From contig DDLT01000280.1 in NCBI GenBank assembly GCA_002340265.1, positions 1 to 45,086 of the forward strand: a stretch of DNA of 45,086 nucleotides, written 5' to 3'. Shown here piece by piece: positions 25,472-34,188 of the stretch (within the stretch, counting starts at the first letter, position 1; each line of letters begins with the position of its first letter). Under the pieces are notes generated by a model that was not told the DNA's origin, did no database searches, and saw only the letters and a list, made by a program, of their open reading frames with translations. Both the position numbers and the translations under genes were made by a program. The DNA is from Lentisphaeria bacterium UBA2565. Its GTDB lineage: Bacteria > Verrucomicrobiota > Lentisphaeria > UBA2565.

Positions 25472-25718
25472 GAGCAAATATGATGTGTCTCATTTTTTTA
25501 GAATTTTTAGGTTTGTTTAGTGAAAAACATGCTTGTAATTTCTTATGTTAACTATAGTTTCAAATCGTTACTGTCTCGAAACTATGTTTAATTTACAAGA
25601 TTAATTTATTAAATATTTATGAGGTTAAATGTGACGTTTTTTGATACTTTTTATGACGATTAAGGGCTGATTAACTCTGATTTTGTCAGAGACGTTTAAT
25701 ACATAACTTAAATTATTT

Positions 25719-28700
25719 ATGCATAAAATAAAAACACTCTTTTTTCTTATTCTTTTTTTCTGTTGCATCGGATTTGGTGTTTTTGCGCAAGAGTTTTCTC
25801 TCTCTGATGAAAAATCGAATGAATTGCTTTCAGGTGCAGAGTTAGCTTGGCTCAATAAAAAGCATACTGTCCGTGTGCGTGTGGCAGATTTTCCTCCAAA
25901 TCATTTTTGGGAGAATGGTGAAGCCAAGGGGGTTTCCATTGATCTACTTAAAGTCATTGCAGACAAATTTGATTTCAAACTTAAATTTGTCGAGGGGCAA
26001 ACTTGGGCAGAGGCACTTGAAGACATAAAAGAGACTGAAACTCTGGACCTACTTCCTACAACCATTAACCTGCCTTCCCGTCAACCATTTCTTAACTTTT
26101 CACAAAACTATTTAAAGCTTCCACATTTCATTTTTGTTCATGAAGACAATTTTACGATAAAGAGCCCTGCAGATCTTGTAGGAGCAAAACTTGCAATTCC
26201 TAAGAAATTTGCCAGTCAAATACAGTTCTTAGAAACTCATCCTGGAGTGATACCTGTTTGGGTAAAATCTCCTTTGGATGCTTTAATGGCGGTTGCTTCT
26301 GGAGATGCTGATGCTTATGTCGGCGGAGCTACGGTTGGACAGTATTATATTGCGCACCAGAGCTTGACGAAGTTGAAAATAATCGAGAGTGCAGAACTTG
26401 GAGAAGTGGATTACTCGTATGCTGTCCGAAAGGATTGGCCTGAGCTTTCTTCTGTTATTGATAAAGGACTTTCACTTATCCCGTTTGAGCAACGTGATGC
26501 AATTCGTTCCAAATACCTTATGGTAACTCAGGAAGTTACAAAGATTAATTATGACGCTGTGTTATGGCCAGCCGCTGCAATTCTCGCTATCATTTTTGTT
26601 GTTGTGGTATGGAATTGGACTTTACGACTAAAAATTAATGTAAGTACAAAACAGCTTCAGGAGTACAATCTTAAGCTTGAGGATATGGTTGCATCTAGAA
26701 CGGATGAGCTGATGCAATCGAAAAGCCGACTTGAAGCATTGTTTGCAAGTATGCCGAGTGCATTTGCTGAACACGATGTTGTATTCGATGAAAATGGGAA
26801 AATTGTCGATTGTGTTTTTGTGACGGTTAATGAGGCTTTTAATGACTTTGTTTTGAAAGAGGTAGATATGATTGATCGATCAGTCAAAGATGTGCTCGGT
26901 AAATTTGGGTTGCAGTGGATTGAACTCTATAACAAAGTGCTTGAAGTGGGGCACCCCTTTGTATTTGAGCACTATGAACCTACTCTGAATAAGTTTTTAC
27001 GTGTGTATGCTTTTCAGACTAGTAAAGGTCGGTTTGCTACCCTTTTTGATGATGTGACTGAAGAGAATATTGCAACTCAAAAGTTGCTGGCAAGTGAGAC
27101 ATGCTTGAAAGAGGCACAGCGTATTGCCAAAGTAGGAAACTGGGAATATGACATTAAAACAGGAAACGTGACCTGTTCTGAAGGGTGTCTTAGGGTATAC
27201 GGTCTGGACACGAAAAATAAAGAAATTACTATGGGGACGTTTTACGGACTCGTATTGTCTGAAGACTTAGACTATGTGCAGTCGATGATTAAAGAGCTCG
27301 TTGTGGATTGTGCCCATAGAAACTTTGAACATAGAGTAATTTATCCCGATAATAGTGTTCATAATGTTTATCAGCGCTGTGAAGTAATTCCTGATGAGAA
27401 CGGGGTTCCCATAAAAGTTTTTGCTACTGTGCAAAACGTAACCGCATGGCGTCAGGTTGAAGATGAACTGCGTAGTTCGACAAGTCTGCAGGAGAAAATC
27501 ATTGAAGCATCTTATTGTCTTTTGGCTAATGAAACTTCTAAGGACAATATTTCATCTGCTTTACGTTGCCTTTTGGAAGGTGTTGACGCGAGTCGAGTTT
27601 ATATCTTTAAGAACTTCATTGACAGTAATGGTGAAATTGGTTGTCGATATAGCTACGAGGTTTGTGCTAAAGGTATTAAACCTCAAATAAATAACCCGGT
27701 TTGTCAGGAACTCCTTTATAAAGATGGATATGAAAGGTGGAGCCAACTACTGGCTTCTGGTAAGATTATTAGTGGAAAAGTTAATGATTTCCCTAAAGAA
27801 GAACAGGCTGCACTTCAAGTCCAGGGAATACTTTCGCTAGTTGTTGTTCCTATAGAAATTAATGGTGAGTGGGCTGGATTCATTGGATTCGATGAGAACT
27901 CGATTGAAAGGTTCTGGAGCCCTTCTGAAATTAGAATTCTGAAAATGTCGGCAACTCTTCTTGGAAACCATTTTGCCCGTTTGGAGGCCGAAAAAGCAGT
28001 GAGGGAGAGTGAAGCTCGGCTCGATATGGCAATTCAGGCTGGAACTTTGGGCTTGTGGGATTGGGATATTCACACAGATGAAGTGTTTACCAATGATATT
28101 TGGCAGACTATGCTTGGATATGACCCCGGTGAAAATCTGGGGCGTTGCTTTGATAAGTTTCTAGGCTTGGTTCATCCAGACGATTTGGATGATTTACGTT
28201 TTGCCATTTATGAGCACTTTTCTGGTGTCAGAGAGTTGTATCGAGCCGAGTTTAGAATGTGCTGCAGTGATGGACTTTATAAGTGGATTCTAGCCAGTGG
28301 TAGGGTTATCGAACGGGATTCAAATGGTGATCCGTTGAGAATGATTGGGCTTCATTTTGATATTAATGAAGTTCGACGTCTTCAACATGATCTGCTTTCA
28401 GCAAAAGATGCTGCTGAAGCAGCCAATCGTTCAAAATCGGAATTTTTAGCTAACATGAGTCACGAAATTCGAACTCCGCTTAATGCGGTCATGGGTATGG
28501 TTAATTTGATTGCTGATATGGATTTGACCGAAAAACAGAATGATTATCTGGCAACAATCGATAGTTCGGCAAAATCTCTGTTAAATATTCTAAATGATGT
28601 GTTGGATCTGTCTAAGATTGAAGCAGGTAAACTCACAATGGAGAGAATAGACTTCTCTTTAGCTGGATTAGTCAAAAACCTGACTAATATGTTTCAGCAT

Positions 28701-30113
28701 GTTGCTGAAGAAAAAAGAATTAAGTTTGACGTTTCTATCGATGAAACTGTTCCAACAGCTCTGATTGGAGACCCTCTAAGACTTAAACAGGTTCTGATTA
28801 ATCTTGTGAACAATGCCATGAAGTTTACTGATGAAGGAAGTGTGGAAGTTTTTGTCTCTCTTAAAAGTTTAAAAGGTTCTAAGGTGGCTTTAAAATTTGA
28901 TATAATTGATACGGGCATCGGAATCGATAAAGGTCAGTGCGATACATTATTTGAATCATTCACACAGGCAGATAGTTCAACTACAAGAAGATACGGTGGA
29001 ACAGGATTGGGTTTATCAATTTCGAAGCGACTTGTTGAAATGATGAATGGTTCCATCTATGTTGAAAGCAAGCTCGGAGAAGGAAGCACATTCAGCTTCA
29101 GTTCGGAGTTTCTATTAGGAGGAACCGTTGATATGCAGACGAATGATAAAAACTGTGTGAACTCTTTTGATTTGAGTTCTACGAAAATTCTTTTGGTTGA
29201 AGATAGTGAAATTAATCAGTTGATTATGCGCGAACTTTTGGAAGCGCGCGGAGTAACTGTTAGTTGTGCATTAAATGGACAGGAAGCTGTCGACTTAATG
29301 CTGACTGATGACTTTGACCTAATTTTGATGGATATTCATATGCCGGTTTTAGATGGCTATGAGGCAACAACTGAAATACGTCGTTTACGTGGGAATAGAA
29401 TTCCTATTATTGCATTGACTGCAAATGCCATGGTAGATGATATCGAAAAGTGTCGGAACGTTGGAATGAATGACCACATTAGCAAACCTGTTGACGTAAG
29501 TGTGCTTTTGTCTACAATTTGCAAATGGCTCAAGAAAAATGATAATGTGTTTAATTCACAGCAGGCACTTGATAATGTCGCTGGAAACCGATGCTTATTG
29601 GAAGACCTATTTAAACAGTTCTTTAAAAAGTTCTCTAATTCAACAGAACTGATGTATGTAGCTTTAGATAATGGAACATTTGAAGAGCTTAGAACTTTGT
29701 CACATTCAATAAAAGGTGTAGCCGGTAATCTCGGCGCGAATGCACTTTCCTTAGTTGCCGGTAAAATTGAAAAAGAGGCACGCAACGGAAAGTCAGAAAG
29801 TATAAAAAGATATCTTGAGGAGTTTGAGTTCTCCTTTGAATCCTTGAAGAAGAAGCTTAAAAAGGAAGGACTATTTAATTTTGAGGATAGTGCGATGCAG
29901 GAAGAGGATTTCTCTTCAGATACAATTTCAATGTTGCCGGTTGATGTGTTAAGACAACTTCAGGAGGCTTTGGAGTCTGGAGATAGTTCACAAATTATGC
30001 AGAAGATTGAACACATTGGTGAAATAAATAGAAAGGCTGGCAATACGTTAAAGCAACTTGCCGGTGATTATGAATATAAACAGATTGAAGCGGGTATAAA
30101 CGCTTTGTTATGA
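25719..30113 (+). CDS. Hybrid sensor histidine kinase (periplasmic binding domain, TM, PAS, PAS, GAF, PAS, HisKA, HATPase, REC, Hpt)
   Basis: Signal peptide; SBP_bac_3-like region (..AVRKDWPEL..); FLANMSHEIRTPLN; NLVNNAMKFT; DTGIG; GGTGLGL; LILMDIHMP; HSIKGVAGNLGA. Confidence 0.95.
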   Translation: MHKIKTLFFLILFFCCIGFGVFAQEFSLSDEKSNELLSGAELAWLNKKHTVRVRVADFPPNHFWENGEAKGVSIDLLKVIADKFDFKLKFVEGQTWAEALEDIKETETLDLLPTTINLPSRQPFLNFSQNYLKLPHFIFVHEDNFTIKSPADLVGAKLAIPKKFASQIQFLETHPGVIPVWVKSPLDALMAVASGDADAYVGGATVGQYYIAHQSLTKLKIIESAELGEVDYSYAVRKDWPELSSVIDKGLSLIPFEQRDAIRSKYLMVTQEVTKINYDAVLWPAAAILAIIFVVVVWNWTLRLKINVSTKQLQEYNLKLEDMVASRTDELMQSKSRLEALFASMPSAFAEHDVVFDENGKIVDCVFVTVNEAFNDFVLKEVDMIDRSVKDVLGKFGLQWIELYNKVLEVGHPFVFEHYEPTLNKFLRVYAFQTSKGRFATLFDDVTEENIATQKLLASETCLKEAQRIAKVGNWEYDIKTGNVTCSEGCLRVYGLDTKNKEITMGTFYGLVLSEDLDYVQSMIKELVVDCAHRNFEHRVIYPDNSVHNVYQRCEVIPDENGVPIKVFATVQNVTAWRQVEDELRSSTSLQEKIIEASYCLLANETSKDNISSALRCLLEGVDASRVYIFKNFIDSNGEIGCRYSYEVCAKGIKPQINNPVCQELLYKDGYERWSQLLASGKIISGKVNDFPKEEQAALQVQGILSLVVVPIEINGEWAGFIGFDENSIERFWSPSEIRILKMSATLLGNHFARLEAEKAVRESEARLDMAIQAGTLGLWDWDIHTDEVFTNDIWQTMLGYDPGENLGRCFDKFLGLVHPDDLDDLRFAIYEHFSGVRELYRAEFRMCCSDGLYKWILASGRVIERDSNGDPLRMIGLHFDINEVRRLQHDLLSAKDAAEAANRSKSEFLANMSHEIRTPLNAVMGMVNLIADMDLTEKQNDYLATIDSSAKSLLNILNDVLDLSKIEAGKLTMERIDFSLAGLVKNLTNMFQHVAEEKRIKFDVSIDETVPTALIGDPLRLKQVLINLVNNAMKFTDEGSVEVFVSLKSLKGSKVALKFDIIDTGIGIDKGQCDTLFESFTQADSSTTRRYGGTGLGLSISKRLVEMMNGSIYVESKLGEGSTFSFSSEFLLGGTVDMQTNDKNCVNSFDLSSTKILLVEDSEINQLIMRELLEARGVTVSCALNGQEAVDLMLTDDFDLILMDIHMPVLDGYEATTEIRRLRGNRIPIIALTANAMVDDIEKCRNVGMNDHISKPVDVSVLLSTICKWLKKNDNVFNSQQALDNVAGNRCLLEDLFKQFFKKFSNSTELMYVALDNGTFEELRTLSHSIKGVAGNLGANALSLVAGKIEKEARNGKSESIKRYLEEFEFSFESLKKKLKKEGLFNFEDSAMQEEDFSSDTISMLPVDVLRQLQEALESGDSSQIMQKIEHIGEINRKAGNTLKQLAGDYEYKQIEAGINALL

Positions 30114-30131
30114 TAAAAAGGGAGAGAGGTA

Positions 30132-31229
30132 ATGAAACAACCTAAAATAGTGGTCATTGATGATGTGGCTGCAAATCTAAAACTGTTGGAAAACATTTTG
30201 AACGATATAGATTGTCAGACAAGGGTCTTTCAGGATGGACACCTTGCGCTTAAATCTATATCAAAAGACATCCCTGACTTGATTCTTCTGGATATAAAAA
30301 TGCCCGAAATTAACGGCTATAAAGTTTGCCATGAGCTGAAAAAAAGCCCTAGCACGGAAAATGTCCCTGTTATTTTCATCAGTTCACTAAACGATGTGGA
30401 TGATAAAGTTCGAGCATTTAGGGTTGGTGGAGTGGATTACATTACAGCTCCGTTTCAAGCAGAAGAGGTAAAAGCCAGAGTGAAAACTCACCTTGAAATT
30501 CGGTCAGCACACCGGGCGCTTAATCGACATAACCATCACCTTGAAGAGTTAGTTCAAGAACAAATTCAAGATATTCTAGCAACAAAAGATGAGCTTTTAA
30601 ACGCCCAGTATTCTACAGTCCTTGCAATGTCGAAATTGGTGGAATCACGTGATCAGTTTACTGGAAGTCACCTAGAAAGAGTGCAGTTTTATTGTCAGTT
30701 GTTGGCTTCTGAACTTCAGTCTCGCGGTGAACATTCTGAAGCTATTGATTCTAAGTTTGTGACAACCCTGTTCAACTCTTGCCCGTTGCATGATATCGGT
30801 AAAATCCTTGTCCCGGATGATATTCTTCTTAAAGAGGGTGCTCTGACTATTGAGGAGTTTGATGTAATGAAAAACCACACAACTGCCGGTTCAGACTATT
30901 TAAAAACGGTGTTGGCGACTTACCCTAATAACAGTTTTATTCAGATGGGAGTGGAAATTGCCAAACATCATCATGAAAAATGGGACGGGAGTGGGTATCC
31001 GGATGGATTGAAAGGCGACGAAATTCCAATTTCAGCACAAATAATGGCGATGGCTGATGTGTACGATGCGTTGACATCTCAACGTCCATATAAAGAGGCG
31101 TTCAGCCATGAAAAGTTATGCGAGATTATTCTTGCCGAACGCGGAAAACAGTTTTCCCCACTCTTGTGCGATCTATTTAAGGAAATTTCCCGTAGCTTCG
31201 AACAGGTCAAGTCTCTTATTGAGGGTTGA
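30132..31229 (+). CDS. Response regulator with HD-GYP phosphodiesterase domain (RpfG-like)
   Basis: REC with IDD..LILLDIKMP; TGSHLERV, LHDIGK, HHEKWDGSGYP, ADVYDALTSQRPYK all intact. Confidence 0.95.
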   Translation: MKQPKIVVIDDVAANLKLLENILNDIDCQTRVFQDGHLALKSISKDIPDLILLDIKMPEINGYKVCHELKKSPSTENVPVIFISSLNDVDDKVRAFRVGGVDYITAPFQAEEVKARVKTHLEIRSAHRALNRHNHHLEELVQEQIQDILATKDELLNAQYSTVLAMSKLVESRDQFTGSHLERVQFYCQLLASELQSRGEHSEAIDSKFVTTLFNSCPLHDIGKILVPDDILLKEGALTIEEFDVMKNHTTAGSDYLKTVLATYPNNSFIQMGVEIAKHHHEKWDGSGYPDGLKGDEIPISAQIMAMADVYDALTSQRPYKEAFSHEKLCEIILAERGKQFSPLLCDLFKEISRSFEQVKSLIEG

Positions 31230-31237
31230 TGAATAGA

Positions 31238-32785
31238 TTATTCGGAGAAAATTTCTGCATTTGAGATTAATTCTTGGTAGAATGATTCTCCGCCTAAAGC
31301 TATTGACCAAGGCAGTAAAGCTCCGCGTGAATCCCAATAATCTATTTCCGAACAGTGAACTGTGTTGATCAATAATTGATAGCAGTTTGTGTGGAACTGT
31401 TTTTCAAGTTCTTTCACTTCTTTCCAGATATCACTGCAAAGGTGACGCTTTTCCGGATCACGCCCATATTGATTTTTCAGAGACTTCAGCTGGTTTATTT
31501 TTTGAAAAAGTTCTGGGAACCAACTCTGAAAGATAACTTCTGAATTACTCTCCAAATCTTGCAGTGTCTTTTTACATTGCTTTACAACTTCAGGAAGTTG
31601 GGCTGAAAATTCATTTGCTTTCATAGTTTTCGGAAAAAATGAGTGAAGATAGTTCGGCAAGTTTATTAACACTGATGATTTTCGCATACTTTGTAGAAAC
31701 TTGAAACGGACTCGTTTGATTGGATGTAGTTCATCAGTTATGAAGCCGCTCTCTCTCATCTTTTTTGCAAGAATTACAGCCGCTGGAGTATAGAGTGATC
31801 CATTTACCGGCAAGGCGAGGGAAGTACCAGAATCGTTTAACCTCGAAATAATTACAAGCAGCAGTGCTTTACCTGAAACCTCTTTTACATGATTGAAGAA
31901 TTCGTCAATTGGGAACTTCAGTCCTCCGGCAATCAACTCAGCATTTTCAATTTTGATTGAGCTGCGTACGAGGTGTCCATCTTTATTATAAATTACGAAA
32001 AATGGTAAATCACCGGTTTCTGCATTGATCGGGGATAGTTCAACTCCACTTTCTTCAATTGACTCATTGTAGATTTGAACAAATTGGTCGTAATTCCGAA
32101 CCACTTTTTTAAGCATTGTGATTGACGTGTTTGCTAAATACTTATGTTCAGATGTTTTGATTATACAATCTTTTGAAAAATAGGATTGAAGCCAAGATTG
32201 GTAAAGTTCGGCTAAGCTTTCATTTGTCTCTGCAAGCTCTGCAACACATTCACGTTCACTATCAAACCATTTTATGATCCGTTTTTGAACATCATTTTCA
32301 GGAAAGCAGTTTAATAGGTCCTCTTCAGCTTTGTCGAAAAGTTCGTTAATGAAGGGAATCACTTCTGAAGTAGACAGATCGCCTAAAAGACGATGCGCTT
32401 GTTTAGTCGAATCGATGTAACTCGGCGCAGTAAGTTGCCAGTTGTCAGCTACTGAGAATTGAGCATAGAGCTGTTCTAAACTTATACCAAGCTTCTTGGC
32501 TGTATGCGCAGGAGTTTCACCAGTGTACTTTGTTAGATTATCGAGATTGAGCGGACAACGACCAAGAAAATTCATGTAGAACAGTGAAGCTCCCCAATCT
32601 AGATTCCCGCTTGGATAATACCGTTCAAGAGTTAGTTCAAGTTTGTCTGAATGTGCGCCGACACGGGTGAATGCCACATCGATATCTTCAATGCAATGGG
32701 TGAATTTTATTCCCTGTTTCTCAAGTGCTTGAAGTTTGGGTAGTGTATCCCAAAGGGAATTACTGTTTTGGTCTATACTTATCAT
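31238..32785 (-). CDS. Hypothetical protein (515 aa), possible remote BshC-like
   Basis: Long ORF with GAGG RBS, soluble composition and a C-terminal coiled-coil-like segment; function not established. Confidence 0.75.
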   Translation of the reverse strand: MISIDQNSNSLWDTLPKLQALEKQGIKFTHCIEDIDVAFTRVGAHSDKLELTLERYYPSGNLDWGASLFYMNFLGRCPLNLDNLTKYTGETPAHTAKKLGISLEQLYAQFSVADNWQLTAPSYIDSTKQAHRLLGDLSTSEVIPFINELFDKAEEDLLNCFPENDVQKRIIKWFDSERECVAELAETNESLAELYQSWLQSYFSKDCIIKTSEHKYLANTSITMLKKVVRNYDQFVQIYNESIEESGVELSPINAETGDLPFFVIYNKDGHLVRSSIKIENAELIAGGLKFPIDEFFNHVKEVSGKALLLVIISRLNDSGTSLALPVNGSLYTPAAVILAKKMRESGFITDELHPIKRVRFKFLQSMRKSSVLINLPNYLHSFFPKTMKANEFSAQLPEVVKQCKKTLQDLESNSEVIFQSWFPELFQKINQLKSLKNQYGRDPEKRHLCSDIWKEVKELEKQFHTNCYQLLINTVHCSEIDYWDSRGALLPWSIALGGESFYQELISNAEIFSE

Positions 32786-33002
32786 CTAAATCCTCGACTT
32801 TTTTTCAGAAGTAAGTTAGCCGAATTATTAAATTTTGCTTTAAAAAAACGACGAAAAAAAGCAGTTCGTTTTGAACTTGTTAAAAATCATTTAAAATCAT
32901 AAAAGCTAATTGTAACTGTAAAAATAACCTAGTAAATTCATTGGCTCAAAAGAAGACATTTTATAAAGTTATAACTGTTAAAATAGGCCGAGAAAACAAA
33001 TA

Positions 33003-34157
33003 ATGGAAAGTTTTACATTCTATAATCCGGTTAAAATGATTTATGGAAAAGGCGAAATCTCCAAAATTGGTGAAGAGATTTCCCAACATGGAATTAATAA
33101 GGTTTTATTGATTGCCGGTGGTGGTTCAATTCGTAAAAATGGCGTATATGAACAGACTACGAAATCTTTGATTGCGAATAAAATTGAATGGGTTGAAAGT
33201 TGGGGAGTTAAGCCGAACCCTGATTTGGTTAAAGTTCATGAAATGGTGGAGTTTGCCAAGAACGAAAAAGTTGATGCGATTCTTGCTGTCGGAGGCGGAA
33301 GTGTTATCGATTCGGCAAAAGCTGTTGCCGCGGGGGTGGTTTTAGATGAAGACGTTTGGGACCTTTTTGAAAATCAGCAGGAAGTTGTGAAGGCACTTCC
33401 GCTTTTTACAGTTTTAACACTTTCTGCAACTGGAACCGAAATGGATGAATTTGCAGTTATTACTAACGAAAATGAGAATAAGAAATGGGGAATTTATGGA
33501 CGTGGACTTTTCCCAAAAGTTTCGATAGTTGATCCTTCAGTTCAGGCAAAACTGCCGTGGTTTCAGACTGTCAATGGCGCAATAGATGCATTCAGCCACA
33601 TTATGGAGCAGTATTTCAGTGGTAAAAGTGCTGATACGACGATGTCACTTGCTGAATCTCTTATGAAAAGTATCATTAAAGCCACCGACAAACTGCAAAT
33701 TGATCCAAATGATTACGATGCGCGTGCCGATTTGGCGTGGGCTTCGAGTTTGGCGTTGAATGGCATTATCAGAACTGGTACCGGTTTGGGAGATTGGGCA
33801 ACACACGGAATCGAACACGGAATCAGTGCAATTAAGCCTGACGTATCACACGGAGCAGGGCTTGGTGTTATTTTCCCGGCTTGGATTGAATATATCGGTT
33901 CGGACGATCAGGAAGCATTTGCTCGCTGGAGTAAAAATGTCTGGAATTGTGATTCTCTAAAAGATGCGATTCAGGCTTATCGAGATAAAATTATGCATTG
34001 GGGACATCCGATTTCTTTATATGAGATTGGCGTTGAGGATGGCGATGTCGAATCTATAGTGAATGCTGTAATGAAGAAACCTTTGGGACGTATTAAAGCT
34101 TTAACAGAAACAGATGTGAGAGCAATTCTTGATATTGCTTCTAGATCAAACAGTTAA
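33003..34157 (+). CDS. Iron-containing alcohol dehydrogenase (BdhA/YqhD-like)
   Basis: GGGSI, GVKPNP, AVGGGSVIDSAK, TLSATGTE, DAFSHIMEQY, HGIEHGIS, HGAGL. Confidence 0.93.
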   Translation: MESFTFYNPVKMIYGKGEISKIGEEISQHGINKVLLIAGGGSIRKNGVYEQTTKSLIANKIEWVESWGVKPNPDLVKVHEMVEFAKNEKVDAILAVGGGSVIDSAKAVAAGVVLDEDVWDLFENQQEVVKALPLFTVLTLSATGTEMDEFAVITNENENKKWGIYGRGLFPKVSIVDPSVQAKLPWFQTVNGAIDAFSHIMEQYFSGKSADTTMSLAESLMKSIIKATDKLQIDPNDYDARADLAWASSLALNGIIRTGTGLGDWATHGIEHGISAIKPDVSHGAGLGVIFPAWIEYIGSDDQEAFARWSKNVWNCDSLKDAIQAYRDKIMHWGHPISLYEIGVEDGDVESIVNAVMKKPLGRIKALTETDVRAILDIASRSNS

Positions 34158-34188
34158 TAATTTTCTATATTAAAATTAGGAGAATGAA

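Noticed and set aside
25625-25855. 76-aa minus-strand ORF upstream of the ECF sigma
   Set aside because: It overlaps the start of the hybrid kinase on the opposite strand and has no motif support.
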